Part shown: positions 1 to 10,507 of the stretch, in pieces
Layout: the number at the start of each line of letters is the position of its first letter
How positions within the stretch are numbered: position 1 is the stretch's first letter
Assembly: GCA_963781585.1 (NCBI GenBank)
Contig: CAWAGQ010000004.1
Span: forward strand, 672,001-736,000
Source: an uncultured Gemmatimonadaceae bacterium
Lineage (GTDB): Bacteria > Gemmatimonadota > Gemmatimonadetes > Gemmatimonadales > Gemmatimonadaceae
Reading direction: 5' to 3'
DNA: 64,000 nucleotides
Translations under genes and position numbers: made by a program
The notes under the pieces: model-generated
Told to the model about the DNA's origin: nothing
Database searches by the model: none
The model's input: only the letters and a program-made list of their open reading frames with translations

Positions 1-1
1 G

Positions 2-520
2 CGCTTCCTCTACCTCACCGGCTGGCGCGCGGGTGAAGCGCTCGGGCTCACCTGGGCGGGCGTTGATTTTTCGGCCGGCGTCTTGCGGCTCGAACCAGGC
101 GTGACGAAGAATCGTGAGGGGCGGGAGTTTCCCTTTGCGGGCTTCCCTGCCCTGGCCGAGCTCCTCCGCGCACAGCGCGAGCATACGTCGGTGATCGAGC
201 GGAAGCGACAGCGCATCATCGCGCACGTCTTCCATCGGAACGGCAAGCCGCTCCGGTCGTACAGCGGCGGATGGGACGCGGCGACGAAAGCGGTTGGGCT
301 CGAGGGCCGGCTCGTGCACGACTTGCGGCGCACGGCGGTGCGGAACCTCGAGCGGGCCGGCGTCTCGCGGTCCGTGGCGATGAAACTGACGGGCCACAAG
401 ACCGAGGCCGTGTACCGTCGTTATGCGATCACGTCCGCGGCCGATCTCTCCGAAGGCGTCGCGAAACTGGCGACGCTGCACGCGGGGCCAGCGAAGCGCA
501 CGACGGCCGGCACCCGATGA
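2..520 (+). CDS. Tyrosine recombinase/phage-type integrase, C-terminal part (truncated by window start)
   Basis: Open frame from nt 2 with catalytic motifs TGWRAGE (Arg), HDLRRT (H-x-x-R), LTGH and VYRRY (Tyr). Confidence 0.93.
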   Translation, partial: RFLYLTGWRAGEALGLTWAGVDFSAGVLRLEPGVTKNREGREFPFAGFPALAELLRAQREHTSVIERKRQRIIAHVFHRNGKPLRSYSGGWDAATKAVGLEGRLVHDLRRTAVRNLERAGVSRSVAMKLTGHKTEAVYRRYAITSAADLSEGVAKLATLHAGPAKRTTAGTR

Positions 521-521
521 C

Positions 522-542
522 TTCTAGCACAGTTCTAGCACA
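522..542. repeat. Tandem direct repeat TTCTAGCACA x2, candidate integrase arm-type sites
   Basis: Exact 10-mer at 522-531 and 533-542 (11-bp period) right after the integrase stop. Confidence 0.6.
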
Positions 543-607
543 ATTTCGCGATATTCACGCGTGGCAGCACTTCAGGTGACGGGCTCTAAGTCCTTATGCT
601 GCAACGA

Positions 608-691
608 TGCCCAGGACGAGACTCGAACTCGTAAGGGCCGAAGCCCGGCGGATTTTGAGTCCGCTGCGTCTACCAGTTCCGCCACCCGGGC
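608..691 (-). tRNA. tRNA-Leu(CAA)
   Basis: Acceptor stem GCCCGGG/CCTGGGC-A, D-loop TGGTAG, anticodon arm GCGGA-CTCAAAA-TCCGC, long variable arm GGGCTTCGGCCC, T-loop GTTCGAG. CCA not encoded. Confidence 0.97.
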
Positions 692-806
692 TCGACGGCA
701 ATGTAGCACGCCGTGCCGTCCGGACTCAACGGAGCAGCCACCGCCCGGACTGCGCCGCTCCAGCGTCCGGTTCCGCCGCCGCGTGAATGCCCGCGGCGAG
801 CTGGAA

Positions 807-1352
807 CTAGACGGGTGGGCGCTTGCGACCGCGCCCCGGCGCCCCGGGACGCCCGCTCAGCGAGTCATCGACGAATCCCGGACGATCGCGGAACTGCTCG
901 ATCCGCCGGCGCGTCTGCTCCTGCAGGCCCAGATACCTTGCGCGCTGCGATGGCGTGAGGAACTTCGCCAGATCCGCCTGCTCGTTGTCCGTCACGTCGA
1001 GCCGTTCGTGCTGAATGCGCGCCAACTCCTGCAGCTGCTGCGCGACCCGATCCTCGCTCGGCGCTCCGCTCTCCATGAGCTCCTTCCGCAAGGCCATGCG
1101 CGCCTGGCGCTCACGCCGGACGAGATTCAGGCGCAGGGGCTCGTATTTCTGATTCACCTCCGCCAGGCGGCGCATCTCGTCGTCGCTCAACCCGACCTGC
1201 TTCTGAACGACCGACGCCAGCCGCTCACGGAAGCGCTGCTCCAGGGCAGCGCGGTCCGGCGGTGCCTGGCCCCGCCCGCGCTGCGCCGCCGCCGGATGCG
1301 GGAGCGCTGCCGCGATCGCAGCGACCAGGCTCGCCAGAATCAATCGACGCAT
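807..1352 (-). CDS. Secreted helical protein, Spy/CpxP or periplasmic heavy-metal-sensor-like
   Basis: Signal peptide MRRLILASLVAAIAAALPHPAAA; GLSDDE and FLTPSQ (LTxxQ-like) motifs; last gene of the ECF cluster. Confidence 0.72.
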   Translation of the reverse strand: MRRLILASLVAAIAAALPHPAAAQRGRGQAPPDRAALEQRFRERLASVVQKQVGLSDDEMRRLAEVNQKYEPLRLNLVRRERQARMALRKELMESGAPSEDRVAQQLQELARIQHERLDVTDNEQADLAKFLTPSQRARYLGLQEQTRRRIEQFRDRPGFVDDSLSGRPGAPGRGRKRPPV

Positions 1353-1354
1353 TC

Positions 1355-1948
1355 CTATTCCTTCGATGTATCCGGTGTTGCGGGAACCACGGGCGCCACC
1401 TCGGTCGGCGGCAACGCATCCGGCTCTGCCGGTGGTGCCGCCTCCAGAGACTCGAGCGAACCGATCAACGCCTCGAGATCTTCGGTCGCGAGGTCGCTCA
1501 CCCCACCGCCGAAGGTGATGCCGGAACGACTGGCTTGCGCCACCACGAGCGGCTGCGACGTATCGCGCGCGAGCATGGTACTGTCCACCCGCGTCAGCCG
1601 ACCGTCGCCGCTGAAGAACGAGCGCGCCACCACCAGCGAGATGCCGCCCAGCGAGATGAACGAGATCGCGGCGGCCAGACGCCATGCTACGAGCCGGCGC
1701 AGGTGCGGACGCCCGAGCGTCCAGGAACGCTGGTGCGGCTGCGGCAGCGCGCGGACAATCGCCGCAGTGTCGATGGGCGGTACCAGCGCGAACGCCTGTC
1801 GGACCGCGCGGAGCGTTCCCAGCTCCGCGACGCAGTCCTCGCAGATGGCCAGGTGTGCGTCGACGCGCGCCCGATCGGACGCGGCGAGCCGGCCGTGCAG
1901 GTATTCCGGCAGCAGCTCCCGGATCTCGACGCTCGTGCAATCAGACAT
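1355..1948 (-). CDS. Zinc-binding anti-sigma factor (zf-HC2) with one TM helix
   Basis: HLAICEDC (HxxxCxxC), hydrophobic segment LAAAISFISLGGISLVVA; overlaps the ECF sigma stop. Confidence 0.88.
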   Translation of the reverse strand: MSDCTSVEIRELLPEYLHGRLAASDRARVDAHLAICEDCVAELGTLRAVRQAFALVPPIDTAAIVRALPQPHQRSWTLGRPHLRRLVAWRLAAAISFISLGGISLVVARSFFSGDGRLTRVDSTMLARDTSQPLVVAQASRSGITFGGGVSDLATEDLEALIGSLESLEAAPPAEPDALPPTEVAPVVPATPDTSKE

Positions 1949-2492
1949 ACAGGCTCTCCTTCACCGTCCGCAGCGCATTATGGTAATGCACACGCGCGGC
2001 ACCTTCGGTTGTGCCGACGATCCCGGCAATCTCCTTGTACGACAATCCTTCCGACACTCGCAAGATGAAGACTTCACGTTGGGTGGGCGAGAGCCTCTGC
2101 ACGGCATCCTTCACTCGTGCCTCGGCCTCGTCCGCGATGATGCTGTCCAGCGCCGTGAACTCCGTGGCGGCGCCGACATTGTCCAGCGATCCGACATCTT
2201 TCCGCCGCCGCGCGGACCGCCGTCGATCCACCACCAGCCGTCGCGCGATGGTAAACAACCACGTCCTGAGGGCGCTGTCGCCCCGAAACGAATCGAGTGA
2301 CGAGAACGCCCGAACAAACGTATCCTGCACCACCTCATCCACCGCGTCCCGCTCGCCGAGGCTCAACACGTACCGCGACAGGGCGGTTGCGTGACGCTCC
2401 ACGAGGCCGGTGGCCGCCCGTTCGTCACCCCCGCGCCAGCGCGCTATCAACTGCTGGTCGAGGGCGTCGCTGCGGTTCTGGTCCTCAGCCAT
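1941..2492 (-). CDS. ECF RNA polymerase sigma factor
   Basis: Region 2 VQDTFVRAF...TWLFTIARR; region 4 LSPTQREVFILR...LSYKEIA. Confidence 0.95.
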   Translation of the reverse strand: MAEDQNRSDALDQQLIARWRGGDERAATGLVERHATALSRYVLSLGERDAVDEVVQDTFVRAFSSLDSFRGDSALRTWLFTIARRLVVDRRRSARRRKDVGSLDNVGAATEFTALDSIIADEAEARVKDAVQRLSPTQREVFILRVSEGLSYKEIAGIVGTTEGAARVHYHNALRTVKESLYV

Positions 2493-2509
2493 GTGTTTGC
2501 GCAGGATAG

Positions 2510-2533
2510 GACGTCACGGTGCTGCAATCGTTA
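2510..2533 (-). promoter_or_regulatory. Candidate autoregulatory ECF promoter
   Basis: Minus strand TAAC-N16-CGTC just upstream of the sigma ATG, matching the generic ECF AAC/CGT pattern. Confidence 0.35.
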
Positions 2534-2628
2534 AGACAGATTGCCCGAATGCGGCGCCCCACTGATCCGGCCGCGACGCCTCGTCTCACGGCACGCCGGC
2601 AGATGGCGCCGTGCCCCTGGAGGACGGT

Positions 2629-3321
2629 ATGAGCCGCCCGGAAGTCATTGCCCACCGGGGTGTTGTCAGAGGGGTGCCGGAGAACTCCATCGCGGCATTC
2701 CGCGCGGCGCTCGTCCTGGGTGTCGACGGCATTGAGCTCGACGTTCATACCACTGCTGACGGGGTGGTAGTGGTCCACCACGATCCGCTCCTGCCGGCAC
2801 CGGACGACGCCGGCGAGGGTGCCCCGATCGCCCGTCTGTCGTGGCAGGCGCTCCACCGTGAGACAACGGAGGGCCGTCACATCCCGACCCTCGACGAAGT
2901 GCTCGAAGAAGTCAACGCGCGCTGCAGGGTTTATGTGGAGATCAAGGCCCCGCGAATCGAAGCCCAGGTCTGTCGCGCCCTTCGTACCCGTTCCGCGTGG
3001 TGCGCGGTCCACAGCTTCGACCACCGCACGATCTCCAGGGCTCATGCGCTGGCGCCCGGCATACCGGGAGGTGTGTTGATGTCGAGCTATCTCATGGATC
3101 CCCTCGTTCCGCTTCGCGACACGGACGCGCGGGACCTCTGGCAGCACGTCGACATGGTCGACGAGGAATTGGTGCAGCGCGTTCACGGGATGGGGCGGCG
3201 GCTGATCGTCTGGACGGTCAACGCGCCGGACGATATCACCCGGTTGAGCGCCTGGTCCGTGGACGGGTTGTGCACCGACGCCAGCGAAGTGGCGCTGGCG
3301 TCGGTGCTGGTCGGCGGATAG
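2629..3321 (+). CDS. Glycerophosphodiester phosphodiesterase
   Basis: IAHRG, PENS, IELDVH, HHD, EIK and VWTVN motifs; GGAGG upstream of the ATG. Confidence 0.93.
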   Translation: MSRPEVIAHRGVVRGVPENSIAAFRAALVLGVDGIELDVHTTADGVVVVHHDPLLPAPDDAGEGAPIARLSWQALHRETTEGRHIPTLDEVLEEVNARCRVYVEIKAPRIEAQVCRALRTRSAWCAVHSFDHRTISRAHALAPGIPGGVLMSSYLMDPLVPLRDTDARDLWQHVDMVDEELVQRVHGMGRRLIVWTVNAPDDITRLSAWSVDGLCTDASEVALASVLVGG

Positions 3322-3345
3322 CGGCCGCGCGTCGCGCGCTTTCGC

Positions 3346-3678
3346 TCAGCCGGGCGGCGTGGTGCCGCCTTCGGCGCCGGGCTCGGGGGGCTTGTCCGCA
3401 CCCTCCTTCTGGCTTGCCGTGCGCAGGAGCTCCTCGAGCCGTTTCACCTCGGCGTCGCGTTCGGCCAGCGCGTTCACCAGGCGCGTCAGGGATTCCCAGT
3501 CGGGGTCCTGCCCGGCCTGGCGTGCACGGAATACCGCGTAGCCTAACGATTCCGCGGACTTGTCCGCGAGCTGACGGGCCCGGAAGGCCTCCAGGCGGAG
3601 CTTGCCCTCATCGAGTGCGCCCTGCGCCGCCTTGCCGGCGCGGTCGAGTTCCGTTCTGAGCTTGTCCCACAGTGCCAT
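3346..3678 (-). CDS. Hypothetical helical/coiled-coil protein
   Basis: 110 aa with host-like codon usage and a GGGGG SD-like element upstream. Confidence 0.75.
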   Translation of the reverse strand: MALWDKLRTELDRAGKAAQGALDEGKLRLEAFRARQLADKSAESLGYAVFRARQAGQDPDWESLTRLVNALAERDAEVKRLEELLRTASQKEGADKPPEPGAEGGTTPPG

Positions 3679-3823
3679 GTGACCCCCGATGCAGGACGGC
3701 GCGCCACCAGACGCCGCGCCGGATGTGTCCGGTGCCCGATGGCCGACGAGGCCTGGCCCTCGAGCAATGGCCGCAGCCAGCCATACGCGACGGCGGCGCT
3801 GAAAGTTGCATCGGTGGGCGGCG

Positions 3824-3854
3824 AAAAAAAATCCCCGGCCGTGCAGGACCGGGG
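3824..3854 (-). terminator. Rho-independent terminator after rpmA
   Basis: CCCCGGTC-ctgcac-GGCCGGGG hairpin followed by A and T8 on the minus strand. Confidence 0.85.
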
Positions 3855-3875
3855 CGGGGTCGCGTCCGTCAGCCG

Positions 3876-4154
3876 TTAGGCAGCCGTTTCATCGGCTCCC
3901 GGACGCGGGTAGACGCTGACACGGTAGCGGCGCTTGCTCTTGTGCTCGAACCGCACCACGCCGTCGATGAGCGAGTAGATGGTGTAGTCGGTGCCCAATC
4001 CCACGTTGGTTCCGGGATGCCACTTCGTCCCGGTCTGCCGGAGGATGATGTTTCCGGCGCGGACGTACTCCCCGCCATACTTCTTCACCCCCCGGTATTT
4101 CGGGTTGCTGTCGCGGCCGTTGCGAGACGAGCCGACGCCCTTCTTGTGTGCCAT
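3876..4154 (-). CDS. rpmA: 50S ribosomal protein L27
   Basis: [16 protein letters not shown] signature. Confidence 0.99.
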   Translation of the reverse strand: MAHKKGVGSSRNGRDSNPKYRGVKKYGGEYVRAGNIILRQTGTKWHPGTNVGLGTDYTIYSLIDGVVRFEHKSKRRYRVSVYPRPGADETAA

Positions 4155-4167
4155 TGCGTCCTCGACG

Positions 4168-4488
4168 TCAACCGAGCGCGATGCGCTCGATGCGGATTTC
4201 GGTGAAGCCCTGCCGGTGTCCCTGCTTGCGCGCGTAGTTCTTGCGCCGCTTGAACTTGAATACCACGAGCTTCTCGCCCCGCCCCTGCTTCACGATCTGA
4301 CCGGTCACCTTCGCGCCGTCGAGCCGGGGGACGCCGGTGTGCAGGCGCTCGCCATCAGAGCCGAAAAGCACGTCGTCGAACTCCACCGTCGTGCCGGACT
4401 CGCCCGGCAGCGACGGCACGCGCAGGGTGGAGCCTTCCTGCACGCGATACTGCTTACCGCCGGTTCTGATGATCGCGTACGATGCCAT
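4168..4488 (-). CDS. rplU: 50S ribosomal protein L21
   Basis: [13 protein letters not shown]...KRRKNY...GHRQ. Confidence 0.99.
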   Translation of the reverse strand: MASYAIIRTGGKQYRVQEGSTLRVPSLPGESGTTVEFDDVLFGSDGERLHTGVPRLDGAKVTGQIVKQGRGEKLVVFKFKRRKNYARKQGHRQGFTEIRIERIALG

Positions 4489-4527
4489 GGGGTGAGCCCT
4501 GTAACGTTTCAATATGTGGAGCCGCTA

Positions 4528-4557
4528 AACATAGCGGGCCGTGGGACTTGCCGTCAA
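4528..4557 (-). promoter_or_regulatory. Sigma70-type promoter for rplU-rpmA
   Basis: TTGACG-N18-TATGTT on the minus strand. Confidence 0.6.
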
Positions 4558-4662
4558 CGCCCCTGCTCTGGAAAGGAGCCGGAGCCGCCGGCGCGAGCGC
4601 GGCCACGTCGACGTTGTCGTTGGGAGCGACGATCGCCGCGCGTACGGCGAGGGCCGCACGAC

Positions 4663-6219
4663 TCAGGCCACCGCGTACTGCTGCGTCACGTCTCGACCCG
4701 CGGTCTTCACCACCAGGCGGAACTCGTCAGGTCGCAGACGCGGATCGTCGCGCAGCTCGACGGCGAATCCCGCGATCTTCTCCAGCTTCTTGAGAAAATC
4801 GCGCTCCTCTTCGAGCAGGTGCAGCGCCACGTCGGGGTGCAGCTTCACCACCACCGCCTCCTTCTTTCCCTCGGCCTGCATCCGCCGCACAGCGCGCTCC
4901 ACGCGGCGCACAATCGTCCGCGGCGTGAATACGCGGCCGGTGCCGTGGCACGTCGGACAGGGTTCGGTCATGTTCTGGAGGTGGCTCTGCCGCACGCGCT
5001 GTCTCGTCATCTCCACGAGCCCCAGCTCGCTCACGGCAAACGCGCGGGTCCGGGCACGGTCGCGGCCGAGGTGGGTGCGCAGCTCCTGGAGGACCTTCTC
5101 GCGGTTGGTCCGCGATTCCATGTCGATGAAGTCGCAGACGATGATGCCACCCACGTCGCGGAGGCGAAGTTGACGGGCGACCTCACGTGCCGCCTCGAGG
5201 TTCGTCCTGAGGATGGTCTTTTCGGGGTCCTTCTTGCCGGTGAAGCGGCCGGAGTTCACGTCGATCGACACCAGTGCCTCGGTCGGCTCGATAATCAGGT
5301 AGCCGCCGGCCGGCAGGTCGCAGCGCCGCTTGAAGAGATCGCGGATCTCGGTCTCTATCTCCGCCTGGTCGAAGAGCGGAACGTGCCCCTGGTACAGGTG
5401 GATGCGTTCGACGAGCTCCGGGGCGATCTCCTTCAGGTACTCGACGATCTCGTTGAAGACCTGGCGGGAATCGACCTGGACGCTCTCGATCTTCGTGCTG
5501 AATACGTCCCGGATGATACCGCGCGTAAGGTTGGTCTCCCGGTGCAGCACCGCCGGCGCCCGCACGAACGACGTCTTTCGCTTGATTCGCTTCCATTGGG
5601 ACATCAGCGACTGCAACTCGCGCTGGAAGGTGTCCCGTGTCACGTCTTCCCCGACCGTGCGGACGATCACGCCCCCGGACTTCTCGGGCAGCATCTCCTG
5701 CACCTGATCACGCAGGCGTTGCCGTTCGGCGCGGTCTCCGATCTTGCGACTGATGCCGACGCGAGCGGCGAACGGCATGTAGACCAGGAACCGTCCGGCC
5801 AGCGAGACCTGGGCCGTCACGCGCGGCCCCTTGGTGGAAATCGGCTCCTTGGTGGCCTGGACGACGACGTCCTGGCCTTTCTTCAGGACGTCCTGGATCG
5901 GCGGCGCCTTGTCGCGGCGCGCCCGTCGACCCTCGTCGCCATTCTCCTCGTCCTCGCCGTCCTCGGGGTCGTCGGGTTCTCCGCCGTCCTCGTCGTAGAC
6001 GAGATCGGACGCGTGCAGAAAGGCGCTCTTTTCGGTGCCGATGTCGACAAAGGCGGCCTGAATGCCCGGCAGGACTGCTTCCACACGACCGATGTAGATG
6101 TCTCCGACCATGCGCCGGACGTCGGGCCGGTCGACAAGGAGCTCAACGAGCTGGTCGTCCTCGAGTATGGCGACGCGCGTTTCGCGCGGCGCCGCGTTGA
6201 TCAGGATTTCGCGTTTCAT
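4663..6219 (-). CDS. Ribonuclease E/G family endoribonuclease
   Basis: [36 protein letters not shown] and Zn-link CPTCHGTG; no long C-terminal scaffold. Confidence 0.96.
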   Translation of the reverse strand: MKREILINAAPRETRVAILEDDQLVELLVDRPDVRRMVGDIYIGRVEAVLPGIQAAFVDIGTEKSAFLHASDLVYDEDGGEPDDPEDGEDEENGDEGRRARRDKAPPIQDVLKKGQDVVVQATKEPISTKGPRVTAQVSLAGRFLVYMPFAARVGISRKIGDRAERQRLRDQVQEMLPEKSGGVIVRTVGEDVTRDTFQRELQSLMSQWKRIKRKTSFVRAPAVLHRETNLTRGIIRDVFSTKIESVQVDSRQVFNEIVEYLKEIAPELVERIHLYQGHVPLFDQAEIETEIRDLFKRRCDLPAGGYLIIEPTEALVSIDVNSGRFTGKKDPEKTILRTNLEAAREVARQLRLRDVGGIIVCDFIDMESRTNREKVLQELRTHLGRDRARTRAFAVSELGLVEMTRQRVRQSHLQNMTEPCPTCHGTGRVFTPRTIVRRVERAVRRMQAEGKKEAVVVKLHPDVALHLLEEERDFLKKLEKIAGFAVELRDDPRLRPDEFRLVVKTAGRDVTQQYAVA

Positions 6220-6628
6220 CGGAGACCGACGCGCTCGCGCTGGGTTGCGACTCGACCCGCGGACCGCGACGGAAGAGAGTGGTGGTGGGCGCGTCCCCGA
6301 AGCCGACTGTTCCCGGCCGGGCGTGTCGCGTGACCAGGTGGGGCAGACGCGAAATCGTGATCGTCCACGTCGCGTCCGGACCACACGCGCGTCCGGCGGG
6401 AGAGCGCGAGTGCGTCTCCCGTGGCGCGGGTGCGGTCTGTGATCGGAGTGACATGCGATCGAGTTCCAGGCTCGGAATTGCGATTCCGTCGTTGCCGGCC
6501 GGGCCCGCCGGGGGCGTCACGCGCCTCCGCGGCTCCGGCCAATTCGAGCGGCGCTGCGCGAGTCGCGCGCGGCGCCGCCAGGTGAGCATCAGTTCCGGAC
6601 CGTGCCAGTGGACCTGACCTGTTCCCTC

Positions 6629-7180
6629 CTACGGTCCGACCTTCTTCCGAAAGACGAGCCAGGCCATGGCCAAGGCAAACCCCAGCGCGGCCTTCCACTC
6701 GCCGTGCTTCAGATACAGGTCAAAGCTAAACGGTGCGGCGTTTTCCCGGCGAGAGCCCGTCCAGGGGGTGACCCGCGGAACAAACGCCGGCACGTTGGCC
6801 TCGTACTCGGCGTAGGCATCGGGAAAGCGCGAGCGGATGTTGGCCCGCTCGCGCTCCATCGTGGGGGCGTAGACCAGCACGAAGAACGAGATCACCAGCA
6901 GGAGCAGCGACCAGTGCGCCGCCACCGCGAAGCCGGCGGCGATGAGGAAGCTCCCGAAGTACAGCGGGTTCCGGGTATGGGCGTACGGGCCGGAGGTGGC
7001 CAGCCGTTCGTTCTTCGCGATGTGTCCCGAGGCCCAGGCCCGCACGCCGAGGCCGACCAGGGCCACGGTGCCGCCGAACATCAGGGCGCCCGGCGTGGGG
7101 TGCACGAACGCGAGGTACAGCAGGGAGAGCGTGAACCCGAGCGGGAGGCGCAGCCGCTTCGCGACCAGCGAGTACGTCAC
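6629..7180 (-). CDS. ICMT/PEMT-family membrane methyltransferase
   Basis: [15 protein letters not shown] motif and several TM segments. Confidence 0.85.
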   Translation of the reverse strand: MTYSLVAKRLRLPLGFTLSLLYLAFVHPTPGALMFGGTVALVGLGVRAWASGHIAKNERLATSGPYAHTRNPLYFGSFLIAAGFAVAAHWSLLLLVISFFVLVYAPTMERERANIRSRFPDAYAEYEANVPAFVPRVTPWTGSRRENAAPFSFDLYLKHGEWKAALGFALAMAWLVFRKKVGP

Positions 7181-8394
7181 ACCGGGAGGTTTCCGAGCAG
7201 GTCGCGGGCGATCACGAGGCGTTGAATCTCGCTCGTGCCTTCCCCGATCTCGCAGACCTTGGCATCGCGCATCATGCGCTCGACGGGAAAGTCCCTGGTG
7301 TAGCCGTAGCCTCCGTGGAGCTGGACGGCCTTAATCGTCGCCCGCATGGCCAGTTCCGAGCAGAACAGCTTGGCCATCGCGGCGGCGGTCGTGTACGGCT
7401 TGCCGTGCTGCGCCAGCCAGGCCGCGTGGTAGACGAGGTGCTTCCCGGCCTCGATCTCGGTCGCCAGGTCACTGAGCTGGAACTGGACGCCCTGGAACAG
7501 GGCCACCGGTTGCCCGAACTGGCGGCGGCCCGAGGTGTACCGGACCGCCTGGTCGAACGCCCCCTCGGCGATGCCTAACGAGAGAGCGCCGATCCCGATG
7601 CGTCCGGAATCGAGCGTGCGCATGAAATTGACGAATCCCTCTCCCTCATTTCCGAGGCGGTTCTCCACCGGCACTTCGACATCCTCGAGGATGAGCTCCC
7701 GGGTATCTGATGCGCGCCATCCGAGCTTGTCTTCCTTCCGGCCGGAGCGAAACCCCGGCATGGCCGCGATGGTCGGGTCGTGGCCGATGCCGTGCGGGCG
7801 GGCACGCTCCCGATCGTCGTTGTGCTTGGTGAGGATGAACGAGGTGATGCCGCGCGCCTTCCTGGCGGGGTCGGTGAGCGCGGTCACCACGAAGATCTCG
7901 CCCACGCCGCCGTGCGTGATGAAGCGCTTGGATCCGTTCAGGATGTATCGATCACCCTTCCGCCGAGCGACCGTGCGGGTGCCCCCGGCGTCGCTGCCCG
8001 CACCCTCTTCGGTGAGTCCAAAGCCGCCCATCACCCGACCCGACGCCAGCGGCGCCACGAAGCGCAATCGCTGGGCATCGGTTCCGAAATGCACGATTGG
8101 CGACGTGCCCAGCGTGGTGTGCGCGGAAATCGTGAGCGCATGAGACGCGTCGACCTTGGCCAGTTCGTGAATGGCGATGATGTAGCTGAACAGGTCGAGG
8201 CCGGCGCCGCCGAGTGATTCGGGCCACGGGATGCCCAGCAGCCCGAGTTCCGACATGCGCCGGATGTTCTCCCAAGGAAACTCGGCTGATTCGTCGTACT
8301 GCGCGGCAACCGGCGCGACCACGTCGGTCGCAAACGCGCGCACCATCTCGCGCACCGCCAGATGCTGCTCGGTGAAATACAGCCTGTCGTCCAT
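7177..8394 (-). CDS. Acyl-CoA dehydrogenase
   Basis: [44 protein letters not shown]. Confidence 0.96.
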   Translation of the reverse strand: MDDRLYFTEQHLAVREMVRAFATDVVAPVAAQYDESAEFPWENIRRMSELGLLGIPWPESLGGAGLDLFSYIIAIHELAKVDASHALTISAHTTLGTSPIVHFGTDAQRLRFVAPLASGRVMGGFGLTEEGAGSDAGGTRTVARRKGDRYILNGSKRFITHGGVGEIFVVTALTDPARKARGITSFILTKHNDDRERARPHGIGHDPTIAAMPGFRSGRKEDKLGWRASDTRELILEDVEVPVENRLGNEGEGFVNFMRTLDSGRIGIGALSLGIAEGAFDQAVRYTSGRRQFGQPVALFQGVQFQLSDLATEIEAGKHLVYHAAWLAQHGKPYTTAAAMAKLFCSELAMRATIKAVQLHGGYGYTRDFPVERMMRDAKVCEIGEGTSEIQRLVIARDLLGNLPV

Positions 8395-8510
8395 TCGGGC
8401 CCGGAGGAGTACTCGCTGGCGAGGGTCTCGGTGGCCGCGGCGCGTCGCTCTCGCCGCCGCCGGCATTCCGCTCCCGGACGCCGTCGGAGAGGCGGCGCCC
8501 GGGAGAGAGA

Positions 8511-10187
8511 TCAGTCGTCGCAGTTATCGCACCGTGAGCACGTAGCCCGCGCCGACTCGTCGCCGAAATATCGAAGGATGTATTCGCGGCGGCAACCGCG
8601 AGTTGCAGCGTAACCAACCATCGCGTCGAGCTTTGCACGTTCCCCGGCTCGCCGGTGCTCCAGGCGATGGAGCGCTGCGGCCAGGTGGAGCTCTGCGCGA
8701 CGGCCCGTGTCGAGGGTGCCGTGGCGGACGTGGCGGCGCACGTAGACCAGCTGCCGGCCCTCGAGCTCCTGGAGTGCGCGCTGAAGCACAAACGGACGCG
8801 CCACGAGCGGCGGCTGATCGACGGCGATCCAGTCGTCACCGCCGGTGTCGCACGCGAAGCGCAGAACGCGGCGCGCCGATTCGGAAAGCGCGGCCTCTTC
8901 GCAGACTGCCCGGAGGGGCGAGGCCAGCAGACGGATCTGGACCGGGTCGGCGCGGTCGGCCACGTGCAGGAGGCCATTCTGTTGCAGGAAGTCGGCGGCG
9001 CGTTTGAGAGAGTCCGGCGCGAGACGCTGTCGCGAGCCGGCGGCCAGCCGCGAGGGGTCGAGGCGCACCGGCGCCGATTCGCGGGCCAGCAGGTCGTAGG
9101 TGCGCCTAACGACGGACGGTTCGGGATACGACACGTCGCGAAAGCGATCGTGCACCCGCCGATCGCGGGGATGGAAGAGGAGGATGCAGCGCGCCGCCGC
9201 CCCGTCACGACCGGCGCGGCCGGCCTCCTGATAGTAGTCCTCCAGCGAGCCCGACATCGCGAAATGGAGCACCAGTCGTACGTCGGCCTTGTCGATGCCC
9301 ATGCCGAAAGCGTTGGTTGCGGCAATGATCGGCACCCGGCCGCTCATGAATGACTCCTGCGCGCGTGCGCGACGGTCCGGCGAGAGCCCGGCGTGGTATC
9401 CCACGGCCGCGATGCGCTGCTTCGCGAGCAGTCGGACCACATGCTCTACCTGTCGCCGTGTGGCGGCGTACACCACCACTGCCCCGGACGGATTGGCGAC
9501 CAGTCCGGCCATCGCCTCCACGCGCGCGGCTTCGTTCGCGACGGCGGCGACGCCAAGGCGGAGGTTTGGTCGGTCGAAGCCGCTGACGATTTCGACCGGC
9601 GCCCGCAGCCCCAGCAACTCGCGAATGTCTCGCCGAACCGCCGGCGTGGCGGTTGCGGTCAGGGCGACCGTCTGGGGCATTCCGAGCGTCCGCCTGACGT
9701 CGCGGATGCGGAGATAGCTCGGTCGGAAATCGTGGCCCCATTCGCTCACACAATGCGCTTCGTCGACAGCCAGGAGCGACGGCCGGAGCACGCGAAGCAG
9801 GTCGATCGTGGACGCGATGACGAGTCGCTCCGGGGCGACGTACAGCAGTTTGATCTCACCCCGCCGCAGCCGGGCAAGTCGGCGCGCCGCCTCGTCAGGC
9901 GGCACGGTGCTGTTGATGACTTCCGCCGCCACGCCGCGCTTCTGGAGGGCCTGCACCTGGTCCGCCATCAGCGAGATGAGGGGGGAGACGACCACAGTCA
10001 GACCGGGCAGCAGGAGCGCCGGAATCTGAAAGCAGAGGGACTTCCCGCCGCCGGTCGGGAGCACGATCAGCGCATCCGCGCGCCGAAGCACGGCCTGCAC
10101 GGCACCGATCTGCGGCGCGCGAAAGTCGTCGTAGCCGAAGGTGGCGCGGAGTGCGCTGCGTGCATCGTCGAGCGTGAGCGGGGGCAC
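8511..10187 (-). CDS. recQ: RecQ-family ATP-dependent DNA helicase
   Basis: [38 protein letters not shown]-terminal CRR...CSRCDNC Zn site. Confidence 0.95.
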   Translation of the reverse strand: MPPLTLDDARSALRATFGYDDFRAPQIGAVQAVLRRADALIVLPTGGGKSLCFQIPALLLPGLTVVVSPLISLMADQVQALQKRGVAAEVINSTVPPDEAARRLARLRRGEIKLLYVAPERLVIASTIDLLRVLRPSLLAVDEAHCVSEWGHDFRPSYLRIRDVRRTLGMPQTVALTATATPAVRRDIRELLGLRAPVEIVSGFDRPNLRLGVAAVANEAARVEAMAGLVANPSGAVVVYAATRRQVEHVVRLLAKQRIAAVGYHAGLSPDRRARAQESFMSGRVPIIAATNAFGMGIDKADVRLVLHFAMSGSLEDYYQEAGRAGRDGAAARCILLFHPRDRRVHDRFRDVSYPEPSVVRRTYDLLARESAPVRLDPSRLAAGSRQRLAPDSLKRAADFLQQNGLLHVADRADPVQIRLLASPLRAVCEEAALSESARRVLRFACDTGGDDWIAVDQPPLVARPFVLQRALQELEGRQLVYVRRHVRHGTLDTGRRAELHLAAALHRLEHRRAGERAKLDAMVGYAATRGCRREYILRYFGDESARATCSRCDNCDD

Positions 10188-10507
10188 GCCGAAAGCTGCG
10201 CGCTCGGCGATCGACCTGCGCCATCGCGCGGTTGCACCCCGGAGCAGAATCCCGCGCGAGCATCAGGTCTCGCGCAGATGTGGCGCAGCAGGTAATCCCG
10301 TCGGCTCCGAGCGACTCTGTGGGAGATCCCCCGACGCTGCCGTCAGGGTTCGACTGGAGCCCGGCGTGGTGACGTGACGACGCTTCATTAGCGATCGTCA
10401 ATGTTGCCGAGTAGTGCGCCATCGGCAGTAATCGACGCGGGCTGACAAGGAAGTTCGCGCGAAACAAGGGCGGCGCATCCCATCCCTCAATGCTGGAGGT
10501 GGTACCG

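Larger units (their letters stand above)
1..607. mobile_element. Right-hand end of a tRNA-Leu-integrated element (prophage or genomic island)
   Basis: Integrase ends 87 bp from the tRNA 3' end; the spacer is AT-richer and has tandem direct repeats. The rest of the element is outside the window. Confidence 0.7.

Noticed and set aside
561..2300. Long shadow ORFs (e.g. 561-2300, 3991-6333, 18799-20706, 26870-29029)
   Set aside because: They are antisense or out-of-frame to well-supported genes, as expected in high-GC DNA with few stop codons, and show no protein motifs.
6220..6628. RNase P RNA, tmRNA or SRP RNA in the long intergenic gap
   Set aside because: No GAGGAAAGTCC, no tRNA-like tmRNA ends and no SRP loop motif seen on either strand.
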